Assembly: GCF_028641065.1 (NCBI RefSeq)
Contig: NC_073398.1
Location: 23,746,001-23,810,000, forward strand
DNA from: Leucoraja erinacea
Lineage: Eukaryota
Direction of reading: 5' to 3'
DNA length: 64,000 bases
Shown: piece by piece, positions 36,557-49,113 of the stretch
How positions within the stretch are numbered: position 1 is the first letter of the stretch
Layout: each line of letters opens with the position of its first letter
Program-made: the position numbers and the translations under genes
The notes under the pieces: model-generated
Seen by the model: only the letters and a program-made list of their open reading frames with translations
Databases searched by the model: none
Told to the model about the DNA's origin: nothing

Positions 36557-38547
36557 TTGTTGTATCTGGAAAGGGAGTGGATTGGTTCATATTTTAATAT
36601 TTTCTATGTAGATCTTTCAAATGATTTTAGTGCATCAAATAAATATAATTAGTAAGTCTTTTACTTGTGTGGTTTTGGGATATGCAAATCGCCCGTATTG
36701 ATGCATTGTGATTGTGGCACTGGAGAGTAAACGAACACTGTATAAAATGACAGCGTTCTTCAGCTTGAAGTGTTCAAAACCCTTAGCACAATTTTTGAAC
36801 TAAAACACTCTTGCTGTGGTACTTTTGTTTAACATAGTGGAGTAGAACTTTCACACAGAGACTCCTGATCTTCTGTATCCACATTGGAAAATATTTAGTG
36901 GAATCTCTGGTCATGTGGTACATGATAGCTATTTATAGCATCTTCTCAGATTACTGCATTACTTTTGCCAAAGATTTGTTGGCAATCAGTGGAAACCCTG
37001 CAAAAATTAAATCTAGTTGTATTTTAACATTGATTCACTGTAGCAAACCCCAAATCAGTTTTCATTTTAAAGTTTACTTATGTTTTAATGACTCAACAGA
37101 CACTTTGGTCCATTATTTACCTGCTGTTAGTACAATGCCATCAATTACACTCCTGCCACCAACTTTCCTGTCAGTTATTCTCTCTCACATGCCGATCAAT
37201 TATACTGTACTAGCAACCATCTACAATGAGAGTAATTTACAGTGGGCTGTTAGTCTATGAGTTTGGGGCATTAAATTGTCACATTTCAAGATCCACAATA
37301 ATTTACAGCTGTATGTATCCTCACTGTATTAAGGCAGATTCCCATTTATATATTATCCTTAGATTGAAAAGGTAACTTGAAGAAGTTGGAATATTATCAA
37401 GGTTACATTTTAGGCGAGTGATGTCTATCTGAAATATAAACATTACAAACAGTTGGTATTAAGCTGCATAATACCAGCTTAAGGTGTGGATGGAGAGAGT
37501 TTACTTGAACCACTAACTTGTTTCTTACTCTTTACTTTGTCTGAACTGCTGCTCATTCCCAATATTTTCCATTTTTATTTCAGTGAACACAATAATTTGT
37601 TTGAGAACTTACCAATATGTTTGACAGCTAACTAAAGATCGGTAATTTCAATTCCTCCCTCCATAAATATTAACAATGCAATTAATATCTTTAAAAGAAA
37701 CATTGGCCCACCATTTATTTAAAGTTCTTTGGTTTGGTATCCACAGCACATTGCTTTGAGTAATTAGGCAACATATCAAAATCAAGGTGGTAAAGAAATA
37801 GTGTAATTATACTCAATAAGATGGAAAATGTGAGCGATAAAATTCAATGACTCTTTCTGACATGAGTTATCCTAAAGAGTCAGGTTTTTATAAATTGCTT
37901 ACAAAAAATACATGAAAAAAGTGTAAAAATGCCAAGAACTTTAATTCCAATAACATCGTTTGCATCCTCAGTATATGTCAAAGACCTTTACAACCGAAAA
38001 GTGCTTTTGAAGTATGGTTACTGTTGTAAAGTAGTTAAAACCTAACTTCAAAAAGATAACCACAAAGCAATAAGTGGTATCAGTGATAGTTGGTTTATTG
38101 AAAGTAACTTTGGACTATCTCAGTAAATAACATTGTGATATATTAAGTTACTCTACCTAATTTTAGATCATGTTACATTGCAGTTATAGCTATGCTAGGT
38201 CACCACAACACTAGTTCACTCAGAAGTTACAAACATGACCCAGCTTTCAATCAGTAGAAACAAGTTAAAAATTAACACAATTAACAACAATTTGTCATAC
38301 TGAATAAGCATCATCACCATTAAATTACTGCCAGAGGACACAAAGCTAGATTAAAGATTTACATGAAAACCAATATTAATGTCCAACTAGGATATACACA
38401 TTTAAACTGCAACACACTGTTATTTCTATGGTGTTGAAGGCTTTAAAAGGCAAACTACTTTGTTTCACAAAAAATTCAACATGTTTTAATAACTTCCCAA
38501 ACTCTGAAGTTCTTTGAACATAGGAATTTTTTTTTAGTTTTGTTACA

Positions 38548-38553
38548 TTTATT
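38548..38553 (-). terminator. Candidate reelin poly(A) signal
   Basis: Plus-strand TTTATT (minus AATAAA) ~670 nt past the stop; other candidates at ~38977, ~39124 and 39181. Confidence 0.35.
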
Positions 38554-39223
38554 GATAATAGAATGCAAAGAAAACCGTTGTTTGCTATTTAAGATTATAC
38601 AGTCATCTCATCATTTGATTTACAATTTGTTAACTGTGGCAGATCTATCTAAAGCCTTTTTTATAATTCTTTATATGCCTAAAACTCTCACGTAAATAAC
38701 TGTTTTAGAACACTAATTCTGCATTTATAGCCATCTGGAACAGTGCATTCCACATTTGTACATGGTGTGAAACTCCTATTATCAATTTACTTTTAACTGG
38801 CTCAGTTTGAATTCTACTTTCTCTTTGTTTTAGTTTCCACTTTAAGATCCTCTTATATTAAACATATTTAACTTACACAGATTCATATGTGATGAGCACC
38901 ATTCAATATTGTTTGTGTCATTGTGCCACGAGACTATAAGAACAAATATATTGCAAATTAAATTGTACTTTTACATTTATTTATAATACTGCCACAGTAA
39001 CTGACATTGCAACATACCACATAACACACAACCACAAAAATGAGCAAAAGACAATACATTTCAGAATATAAGCCACTTCATTCATCAATTCACAGTGTGT
39101 AAAATATGTATCTTGTAGACTCATTTATTTCATTACTTTCCTATATCTGATATTGGCCCCTTATTAAAAACAGTACTTTGTTTATTGGAATAATGAAGCA
39201 GGTCAGAGATGTATTGTAATTAC

Positions 39224-39320
39224 TTAAATGTTTCGTCTGAGGGACCTTCGCCTTCTGCTGTAGTAATGCCTGAGCATATGTTGCCTTGAGAAGTTCATCA
39301 TGTAATTCTGTTTACGAGTC
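39224..39320 (-). CDS. RELN: Reelin last coding exon (basic C-terminal region)
   Basis: TGCAG|g [31 protein letters not shown]; 97 nt. Confidence 0.97.
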
Positions 39321-39506
39321 CTGCAATCAAAGGAAATGAGCTGAATAAACCTCTGGTGTTGCAATAGACACTCAGATAGATTAACTTCCCATCCTTCAGA
39401 AAAGCCAGCTATTGACTTTTCTTGAAGCTTCGCAAATTGCCAGTGACTGCACACAAATAAAATGGAAAAAATCATTATCTTCATGACACAGAACTCAGAT
39501 ACTTAC

Positions 39507-39605
39507 AGGACCACCTCCACGTGATCTAAAGCCCATTGATCATGGCCTGTTCCATTGTGACGTGGTTGCCACCATCTTAGTTGTACACCCTTAACTCGTG
39601 CCTCT
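39507..39605 (-). CDS. RELN: Reelin exon (human exon 63 equivalent)
   Basis: [32 protein letters not shown](L)|GTAAGT; 99 nt. Confidence 0.97.
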
Positions 39606-40599
39606 CTGTAGCAAGAAAGAGCAAGATTTAAAGGAAATTTCAAAACATTTGAGGGTATTTAGTTTTTAAGCTTTCCATTACCCATAATAGGCGCCACAGG
39701 AAAGAATTACTGGTTTGGTTCCACTGAAAATAGAGCATGTATCGCTTCATCTCAGATGGAGAGGCAGCTGCGTGCAGAATTAGAATGCACAAGGGAGGCA
39801 GCAAGGAAGCCCCTGAACTACTCTCTAGGGTTTTGTTAACTGATCTTTCTTTAAGACTAATCTCTAACACCCTCTGATTGTGTTAGATATAGTAAAATAG
39901 TTCCTTACAGTTGCAAGTACTATCAATGATCGAGGTTGATGTGTACTTTGAATGTCTGTAACTTAATGTCATTCGAAGCGTTCTGCACGCTTGCTTCTTG
40001 AAACAGTGCGAGTCATTTTCATGAGGAACCAAAGATGGTTATGTAAGTTTTCAGTGCTATTCATTTTCAATATACATATTCCTATCATATAACACATATG
40101 TTAAGTTTGACCTGATCTATTTTTCTTTACATGCATCATATTTATGCAACTTGTGACATATACAAGATGAAGATATGGATAACAATAAATCCTAACATTA
40201 TGAAACAATCAAACAACTGCTAAGACAAACCATTTAATAGATGAATAGATAGATCCGTTGAACAAATCTGTATAAATATGACTTAACTCAGGGGAGTTTG
40301 TGTTAACTAGGAAATTAACATTGTTTTGATAAATAACTCATCAATAAAAATGATTTGATAACAAATAATTACTAATCAATAAAAATTGGTGAAAAATGTA
40401 GCAAAGAGCCAAAAGTAACAATGTATTAGGTTGTTCTCTACTCAATCTTGATGCTATTGAATAATTTAAATTCAAGCACCTCCTTCCCATTGTTTAATAA
40501 GGACATGTCACTGACAAGGTGTCACTGACATGTGCTTGAGTTATTGATGGTGAGCCAGTTTCCGAAACTTCAGGAATCCTGGCTCCAAGCTTACCAAAG

Positions 40600-41670
40600 T
40601 AAGGGAACTGAGTCTCTGGGCATCCCTTTGCAACTGGATCCTCAACGTCCTCATCAACAGACCACAACCAGTATGAATTGGTAACAACACATCCTCCTCA
40701 ATGACCATCAGCACAGGGTCACCTCAAGGCTGTGTGCTAAGTCCCTCGTTCTACTCACTCAATACCCATGACTGTGTAGCTGAACACAGTCCCAACTCAA
40801 TGTTTAACTTTGCTGATGACACCACTGTTGTTGGATGAATTACAGGTAATACCGAGTCAATGTAAAGGAGGGAGATCGATCGTCTGATTGAATAGTGCCA
40901 GAACAACAACCTTGCTCTCAACGTTAGTAGGATCAAAGACTTGAATGCTGACTGGAAGAGGAAGGCTGAAGATCCATGAACCTGTCTTCGTCAATGGGTC
41001 GGTGGTGGATAGAGTCAACAACTTCAGGTTCCAGGGCATGCAAATCTCTGAAGATCAGTCCTGGGCCCAGCACACTGATGCAATCATATAGTAAGCCCAT
41101 CAACACTCAACTTCCTTCGAAGATTGAGGAGATTTGATATGTTGACGAATGCTCTCATGTACTTCTACAGGTGTATCGCAGAAAGCATGTTGACTGGTTG
41201 CATCACAGCCTGGTTCGGCAACTTGAAATCCCAGGAACAAAGGAGATTACAAAAAGTGGTGAACAGTGCCTGGTTCATCACGGGTTCTGGCCTCCCCACC
41301 ATTGAAGAGATCTATAGGAGGCGCTGCCTCAAAAAGGACCCACACCACCCATTGCCATGCTCCCATTGCATTCCCGCCACCGGGAAGAAGGTATAGGAAT
41401 CTGAGAACTGTGAACTCCAGCTCAGGAATAGCTTCTTCCAAACAACCATCCTGCTATTGACCACTATGAATACCAACTAAACTTCGAACCACTAACTGTC
41501 TTGGTTGCACTAGGAACTTAGGGGTTTTGAGTTTTTTTTGCACTAATTTTGGCAACAACAAATTACTCGATAATCATCAAAATTGAAGCACCTCAAGGCG
41601 GTATGCTAAGTCCTCTGCTCTACTCTCTAAACTCACAACTGTGTAGACACTCACAATTCTAACACCATCC
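40600..41670 (+). mobile_element. Decayed Rex1/Babar LINE in a reelin intron
   Basis: CNWIL, PQGCVLSP, FADDTTVVG remnants with multiple stops. Confidence 0.8.
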
Positions 41671-42259
41671 TCTTCCTTCTGTGGTCATCAGTATTAATGA
41701 TGGCTTTTATTTCAGTTAACAACCAAGAACTTAAAAAGATTAAAGTTATTCATCACAAAATCAAACACAAACTTCCTAGAGTAACTCTGCATGTCTTGAC
41801 CCAAAATATAGCCTCCCCATTCCCTCCACAGATGCTGCCTGACCTGCTGAGTTACTCCAGTACTTAGTGTTTTACTCAGGATTCCAGCATTTTAGAGGGA
41901 GATGAACTAAACACAGGCAAATGGGACTGGCTTAGTTAGGGCACATGGTCAGCATTGACAGGTTTGGACTGAAGGGTTTGTTTCCATGCTGTACAACTAT
42001 GACTCTAAGATGCATTGGGTAATAACTAGAGTTTAAAGGAGCTACTGGTGAGCACTCAAAAACATATCCAGGAAATATATATTTTTTAACTTGGCAGTGG
42101 TTAAAAAAGGTGGGCCTCTCCATCCCATGCCTAAACAGATGCTGCAATTTTTCATAAGAGGCTTTCTTTGCCTATTTTCTTTGCCTATTTTCACAGAGGT
42201 AGACCTTTTATTTTCCAAAGCATCATATTCTGACTGATTTCATACAATTGGATACTCAC

Positions 42260-42457
42260 AGTGGGACGTTGTAAGATATCCTCTGGGCATGTATGAAATC
42301 CTTTGGTTGGTGCTGAGCAATAACATGCCATGTAATTCCTCCATTCAAACTGTACTGCAGCAGGATGGCTTTGTCTGCAATGTTGGGGTTCGTCAGGTCA
42401 ATATTGCAGCTTGCTGTCTGCGATATGCTACCGATCTGCAGCACAAACATGATTTTG
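42260..42457 (-). CDS. RELN: Reelin exon (62 equivalent)
   Basis: [65 protein letters not shown]; 198 nt; AG/GTGAGT. Confidence 0.97.
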
Positions 42458-43347
42458 CTGAGGACAAAAGAAAACATTTCCTATTTAGTAATTACGTCAT
42501 CATAACAATGAATGAATTGGAAGTTCAGAAAAGTAACCAAATCCAAAGCAGTTAACATGTCAATCTAATCAGTTAATGTGCAAGTTATTTTAGATGAGCG
42601 GAGTTCTACAAAGTAAAGAAGATCGAAGGAATTACTTTTGTAAAATAATTCACACATTGCATGCATTAAAATATAAAATTACACCAATTTTAAATGGTGT
42701 TTCAATAATATTTTCAGAATACCGGCCCTAATTGATGCCAAGGCCTCTTGGAAATAATTTTTTTTAAAAACACAAAATGCTGGAGATACTTAGCAAGTCA
42801 AGCTGTATCTCTGGATAGAGATGGTGTTAATACTTCAGGTGATGACTTTTTGATCACTGACCTGATATTAGAACAGTGATGATAGGTCATTGAACTAAAA
42901 TATAATTCTGTAATTTATTTCAGATTTCCAGCACCTGCAGCAATTTGATTCTGCAAGTGCCTTTGACTTCTGGAACACCTCTTGTTTATTTTAGTAGGAG
43001 AGGTCACATCGGACCAGCCAGGTACCTGATTGCTGGGCATTGCTGCTGCCTCAGGATAATCTGTCAGAGTAGGGAGCTCCAGATCGCAGATTGTTGTGGT
43101 CACTCACACTCGCCACATTTGTCAGCAGTTTGTGGGTGGAACAGAAAATTCAAGGTGCAATTCCAGCTGTCCATCTCGTCCCCATTTTAATAGACGCAAC
43201 TCTTCAAGCATTGGAATTTAACATCGCAAACATACAATTTAGGATACGATGATCCAAGACTTACTTAGATTGCTGCATGGTTGAACTTTATCTGGGACTA
43301 TTCCCCTTTCCATATAATTACAGAATAAATGTTTTTATTATCTAACA

Positions 43348-43670
43348 GGTAGCATTGTGGCACAGCGGTAGAGTAACTGCCTTACAGCGCCGGAGGCCAG
43401 GTTCGATCCTGACAATGGGTGCTTGTTTGTACGGAGTTTGTACGTTCTTCCCATCACCGTGTGGGTTTTCTCCGAGATCTCCGGTTTCCTCCCACACTAG
43501 ATAGACGTACAGGTTTGTAGGTTATTTGGCTTTGGTATAATTGGAAATGATCGCTAGTATGTGTAGGATAGCATAAGTGTGTGGGATCACTGGTCAGTGT
43601 GGACTCGGTAGGCCGAAGAGCCTGTGTTTGCGCTGTATCTTTTAGTTTAGTTTAGCGATCTCTAAACAAA
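43348..43670 (+). mobile_element. tRNA-derived SINE (HE1/V-SINE-like)
   Basis: TGGCACAGCGGTAGAG A box, GGTTCGATCC B box, GTGGGTTTTCTCCG..CTCCGGTTTCCTCCCACA core, CR1-like tail. Confidence 0.8.
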
Positions 43671-43717
43671 ATTAAAATTTACTGAAACCATTGGCATACA
43701 TGCAATAAAGAAAATAT

Positions 43718-44352
43718 GTAGGAAGGAACTGCAGATGCTGGTTTAAACCGAAGATAGACACAAAATGCTGGAGTAACTCAGCGGGACAGGCAGCATCTCT
43801 AGAGAGAAAGAATGGGTGACGTTTCGGGTTGAAACCCTTCTTCAGACTTAAAGTTACGGGAAAGGGAAACGATAGATATAGACACTTGCGCTCAGTCCAC
43901 CTGGACATACCCGATCTCCCGGTAGCTAAACACTCTAATTCCCCTACGCATTCCCACACTGACCTTTCTGTCCTGTGCCTCCTCCATTGTCAGAGTGAGG
44001 CTAAATGCAAATTTGAGGAACAGCATTTCATATTTCTCTAACTTCAAGTAACCCCTGCATTTCCTCTCTCTCTCATTCCCCCTCCACCCCACCCAGGTCA
44101 CATCAGCTTTCATTCTCACCTAGCTACAGCTAACAATGGCCTGTTTACTTTATCATTGTTACTTTTTTGCATATCTTTAATTCATTTGTTCTATATCTCT
44201 CTACATCATCGTATATATCGTATATATCTCTCATTCCCCGTTCCCGTGACTTTCAGTCTGAAGAAGTGTCTCAACCCGAAACGTCACCCATTCCTTCTCT
44301 CCAGAGATGCTAGCTATCCTGCTGAGTTACTCCAGCATTTTGTGTCTATCTA
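43718..44352. mobile_element. Short Penelope-like remnant with inverted pseudo-LTRs, each with a hammerhead-like motif
   Basis: HLRSV..DLPVAKH.NSP.HSHTDLSVL..EEQHFIF fragment; motifs at 43818-43845 (-) and 44258-44285 (+). Confidence 0.8.
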
Positions 44353-44710
44353 CAGAAAATATGTAATCACCTTGATGTCAATTTCATTTTTAAATGGTAG
44401 TTTTCTGTTTTCAGCTGAACAGTCCCCTGGATAGCATATTTGTTGGAACATCCATTAGTTAGTTTCAACCAGGGACTATCAGGTTGTCCTTTAGATATAA
44501 TTTTCATGAAATGCATTATTCTGCTCTCAACATTCATTTGTCATTCGAGGGGAGGAGAAGAAAGTTTATTTTGCAACCTCATGACCACTGAAAGATGCTT
44601 TCTCTTTAAAAGTAGATTTGGAAGGTTTCAGCTGTATTTGCAGAAAGCCGCAATGGATTTAACACTTTCCGCAAAACAAAGCTGACAGTTGTTTTTTAAC
44701 GGATATGTAC

Positions 44711-44930
44711 CTGGCCCTGGTCAGATCCAGAAGTTTGGTTACAGCCTGTCTCATCTGACAGCCATTAAAGTACAGAGACTCGCCGTGGGCATAGGGTGCC
44801 AGCTGCCCACATCCACTGCCAATCGCACCGCCCTGGATCACCTGCCAGTTTGTTTCTCTGACGCGGGCCAATTCAAAGTTGTCTTTGATGTAACTGGGCA
44901 GGTCATTAATTGGAACAGAACAGTCATCTC
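44711..44930 (-). CDS. RELN: Reelin exon (61 equivalent)
   Basis: [72 protein letters not shown]; 220 nt; AG/GT. Confidence 0.97.
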
Positions 44931-46497
44931 CTGCACATGGAAGATAAACAGCTTTTAGCTACAATTAAACAAAGGGGAAAAATGAATTACGTGGTATGAT
45001 ACAGATGTGAAGCAAATACAGGTCCAGCTGAGAAGCTATTTTTTTAAAGCAAGGGTTCAATTTTAATTAAGACTGTCAAACACTTGTTAAATAATTAACA
45101 ACAAGTTAATCACAGGTTTATTCATATTGTTAAACAATATTACAAAGCCAATATTTTTTACTGTTCCAAAGGAGAAGAAAATTACTGTTCCGAACTGAGT
45201 GATATAATTGAACATTTCCATCCTGCATGCTATTCCCCTCATCTCTGCAATTGTCTCCAATACTGCAGGCATTGGCACTCGGCTTATTCCAATATTGGCC
45301 TCTTATGTATCCTTGATTTCATTCACCTCAGCATTGCTGACTACAAGGCCCATTGTCAAATGGCTTAGTTACACTCACTGCTAAACTAATGCAGAAGGAA
45401 TAGACGAGATACTAATTTGCGACTGAAATCTGTGGAAGAATGAATGAAACAGCCGGAGAACACTTGTTGAAACAGGCAGGGCTATGGTGTTGGAAGAATT
45501 GATGTACAAGCATGAACAAAGTTTAAAACAATAGAACATTTAAGACTGAAAACATCAGGCTCAAGTGTAAAGATGAAGATTTGATGCTGGGGAGAGTAGA
45601 AGTGGTGCTGCAAGAGGCGGTGATTGCTACGAGAGTGAGGATCCTATAGGCAGGCCAGCCAGGTATCTGCACACATTTTAGGTGATTTATGCTGAATCGT
45701 TTATGGAAATACTTTTTACAGGATGGCTTGCAGATCTCAAGGAATAAGATTCCTTCCTCCAATTCCATTAATCTATTCTTTATACCCTATCCAAATGATC
45801 TATCTAATCCACCGCCACTAACCCCTTAAGGTGCCCAACAAATGGTTCTTGTATTGACTCCCTTACTAATTTTGGAGCCACAGGGTTCTCCCATCCCCTT
45901 GGACCACTGCATTCCCTTTCCATTCTGTCAGACCCACTCCAATCTTTGCATATCTCCATCCCTGTTTCAATCTTCCCTCAGAGCCTCCTTTCCCAGTTCT
46001 CTGAATGCCCTTCTATTTTCTCCCTAAACCCTACAGTCACCATGACCACCTGCACATTTCACTTACAGCCGAACAAGGCTGTATCCAAAAACAAAAAAAT
46101 ATCTCTAATATCTAGCAGTGACAGGTTTCTGCAGAACATCCTCAGTAGACAAGGTTTCAACTCTTTAAACAGACTAAATCCCGAGTGGCGTGTTGGTTTA
46201 AATAAAACCTCTGCTACTTTATAATTACTTCCTCAAACCACCTGCTGACCTTTATCTTTTCTCCATCCCTACCCTATGCTCCAAAATGTTTCTCTTGATT
46301 TGTACTCTCAGTTTCCAGCAATTGTATTACGCGCCTTAATATGAGTCTTCAGTCTTTTACCAGACTTGAAAGGGTTTTGGAAAAAATAACTGCATCTTTT
46401 ATTGAACATATGATGCTATCACAATCAAACCCGCAAGGTTTTTGCTCCATCACGGTATCAATTTATTTTGGTTTATAGTGAAAAATAGAGCAGGTAC

Positions 46498-46655
46498 CTT
46501 GATAACCTTCATCACAAATGCAGACAGTTCCAGTTCTACAATATCCGTGTCCACTGCAGAGCTTAGGACAGGATTCACCAATGTAGACGTTGTCAATTCC
46601 CCAGCTTTGTTTCTCTGCGTTGCCTTCCTTCTGAATCCATCGGAACTGAGTGGCG
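46498..46655 (-). CDS. RELN: Reelin exon (60 equivalent, EGF motif of repeat 8)
   Basis: [52 protein letters not shown]; 158 nt. Confidence 0.97.
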
Positions 46656-47744
46656 CTGAAAGCAACAACAATGATTGAACAGGTTGAACAAGTTGCTTCT
46701 GTTTTTTTCCAAAAAGTGGTCGGCATTAAATTTAGGGAATAAGAAATAGTATCAGATAAGAAAACAAAAAAGAAGTTGTGAAGTGAATATCTGACTGGAT
46801 TGCAAGAAAAGACGACTTGGCAGGTTCAGGATAATTCAGTTGCTGGTATTCTAATCCATAACTAGACAAACTTACTGAGCAAGATCATTTAGCAAAGATT
46901 TTGTTCAGGTAGATCCTGTTCTTCATGATTTATGGAATCGTTCAAGGGTAATAATTAACAGAATAAGAGAGTAAATTTCATCATGTATTTTTGTGTGGAT
47001 GTCACTGGCCAAGGCAGCATTTGTTGCTGAGTAGTTAAGAGGCAACCGCATTGTTGAGTGTCTGAGTCACATAGAGAACCAGACCAAGTCAAGGCACCAG
47101 GTGTCCTTCCCTGGTGTACATTAGTGGACCAGGTTGTTTTTTTTACAACAATCATGGTTAACATACAATTAATGATTCATTTAATTACTTGAATTTAAAC
47201 TCCATAGCTCCCGTGATGAAATCTAGAGGCAATATGATGAATTGCCCAGACACTGGATATGAATCCAGTAGCTTTTCTTTTCATTTTTTTTATTTATTCG
47301 AGAGAAGTAGGCTTCCTCTGCTGAGTCAGCATTTAATTGTACATCCCTATTGCCCTTGAGGAGAAGGTCGTGGTAAGCTGCGATCTCGAATAGTTGCAGT
47401 GCTGAAGAGTAGGTGTACCCACAATCCTGTTTGGGAGGGAATGGCAAGATTCCCGTTCCCGTGTCTTTCAGTCTGAAGAAGGGTCTCAACCCGAAACGTC
47501 ACCCATCCTATTTCTCCAGAGATGATGCCTGACCCGCAGAGTTACTCCAACACTTTCTGTCTATAATCCCAGCACTAACCGGCCGATCAAGAGTGATGGA
47601 GAAAACATTAAAAAAACAATGCACCTTTAACATACTTGTCATTTAAAAAAATATAAACATCAAGGTGAAAATGTGGATTAAAAAGTTTTGAATGGTAAGG
47701 AGCTGTAATGCCACAAAGTGACCTCCTCCCCTTCTGAAACATAC

Positions 47745-47906
47745 CTGGATGCAACGTAATCTGGTAGTTGGATGGTGACCCGATTCCAGGTGGAGCAGTT
47801 GACAGAAGTGTAAACGCTGGCCTCATGGAACTGGAATGGAGAACAGCCAATGTTGCTGCTTGTAGAAGGAAGACACTCTGTTTGGACAAGTGACCAGGAG
47901 TCCTTT
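47745..47906 (-). CDS. RELN: Reelin exon (59 equivalent)
   Basis: [53 protein letters not shown]; 162 nt. Confidence 0.97.
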
Positions 47907-48586
47907 CTGCATAAAGGAAAAAGAGAGCACCTCACTGATGCGCTTGTCACAACTGATCCTCACGACAGACTGCAAAATTGATGGGAATTGCTTAATATTT
48001 TGCTGCCAACTGCTCGCGTTACTATTTCCTAATGAAACATTTCAAAAGGAAGAAAGGAATCCAATTCAAAAGGAAGAAAGGAATTTAAACCAAAAACAAC
48101 CAGGCGGAGGATGCCCTACAGAAACTTTATGTTCAGCTGCCACACTCATTGTGTTCAAATATAAAACAAATACATCGAAAGAGCAGATGACAGCAGTAAG
48201 AGAGGTCAGGATCATGGGGAAACAATATAAATGTTTGCCTATTATCAATCAAGCTAGCCAGTCAGCTTAAAGACAATACGCAGGTATATTTGTTGGTATA
48301 TAACGCTGGTATATAACGCTGCAATATAACACTGGTTTTGTGTGCAGCACACAGCTCAGCAAGGCAGACAGTATTCCCACAATGTGGATGTCATAGGATA
48401 CAATTAAGAATAATTTGCGAAGGGAAAATGGGGAAGGGAGAAATAAACTCAAGTATTTGTTATATCTGAGATCACAACATATGATTTTATTGCGGGTACA
48501 GTGGGGAATTTTACCAACAGGTCGCTGAATTCACGTAACATTCTGATGGCAAAAATGTCACAATCTTTTCACAGGTTGCAACTTAC

Positions 48587-48660
48587 CTTGGATCTTTACT
48601 GTACTCCAGCAATACAGGCTGGAGATCCCCACAGGAATCAGCTTCACAACCAACCACAAT
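48587..48660 (-). CDS. RELN: Reelin exon (58 equivalent)
   Basis: TTTCAG|[24 protein letters not shown](R)|GTAAGT; 74 nt. Confidence 0.95.
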
Positions 48661-48677
48661 CTGAAAGACATTACAAA

Positions 48678-49113
48678 NNNNNNNNNNNNNNNNNNNNNNN
48701 NNNNNNNNNNNNNNNNNNNNNNNNNNNNNNNNNNNNNNNNNNNNNNNNNNNNNNNNNNNNNNNNNNNNNNNNNNNNNNNNNNNNNNNNNNNNNNNNNNNN
48801 NNNNNNNNNNNNNNNNNNNNNNNNNNNNNNNNNNNNNNNNNNNNNNNNNNNNNNNNNNNNNNNNNNNNNNNNNNNNNNNNNNNNNNNNNNNNNNNNNNNN
48901 NNNNNNNNNNNNNNNNNNNNNNNNNNNNNNNNNNNNNNNNNNNNNNNNNNNNNNNNNNNNNNNNNNNNNNNNNNNNNNNNNNNNNNNNNNNNNNNNNNNN
49001 NNNNNNNNNNNNNNNNNNNNNNNNNNNNNNNNNNNNNNNNNNNNNNNNNNNNNNNNNNNNNNNNNNNNNNNNNNNNNNNNNNNNNNNNNNNNNNNNNNNN
49101 NNNNNNNNNNNNN
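48678..49113. other. Assembly gap (436 N)
   Basis: Run of N, 17 nt from a reelin splice acceptor and abutting a Tc1 terminus. Confidence 1.

Noticed and set aside
39441-39446. TCACTG (minus) between an AG and a GC as a substitute reelin microexon
   Set aside because: Would encode HW rather than VS, needs a poor GC donor and leaves an upstream intron of only ~60 nt.
43355-43415. tRNA gene
   Set aside because: A and B boxes belong to a SINE head followed by SINE core and LINE-like tail; no full cloverleaf.
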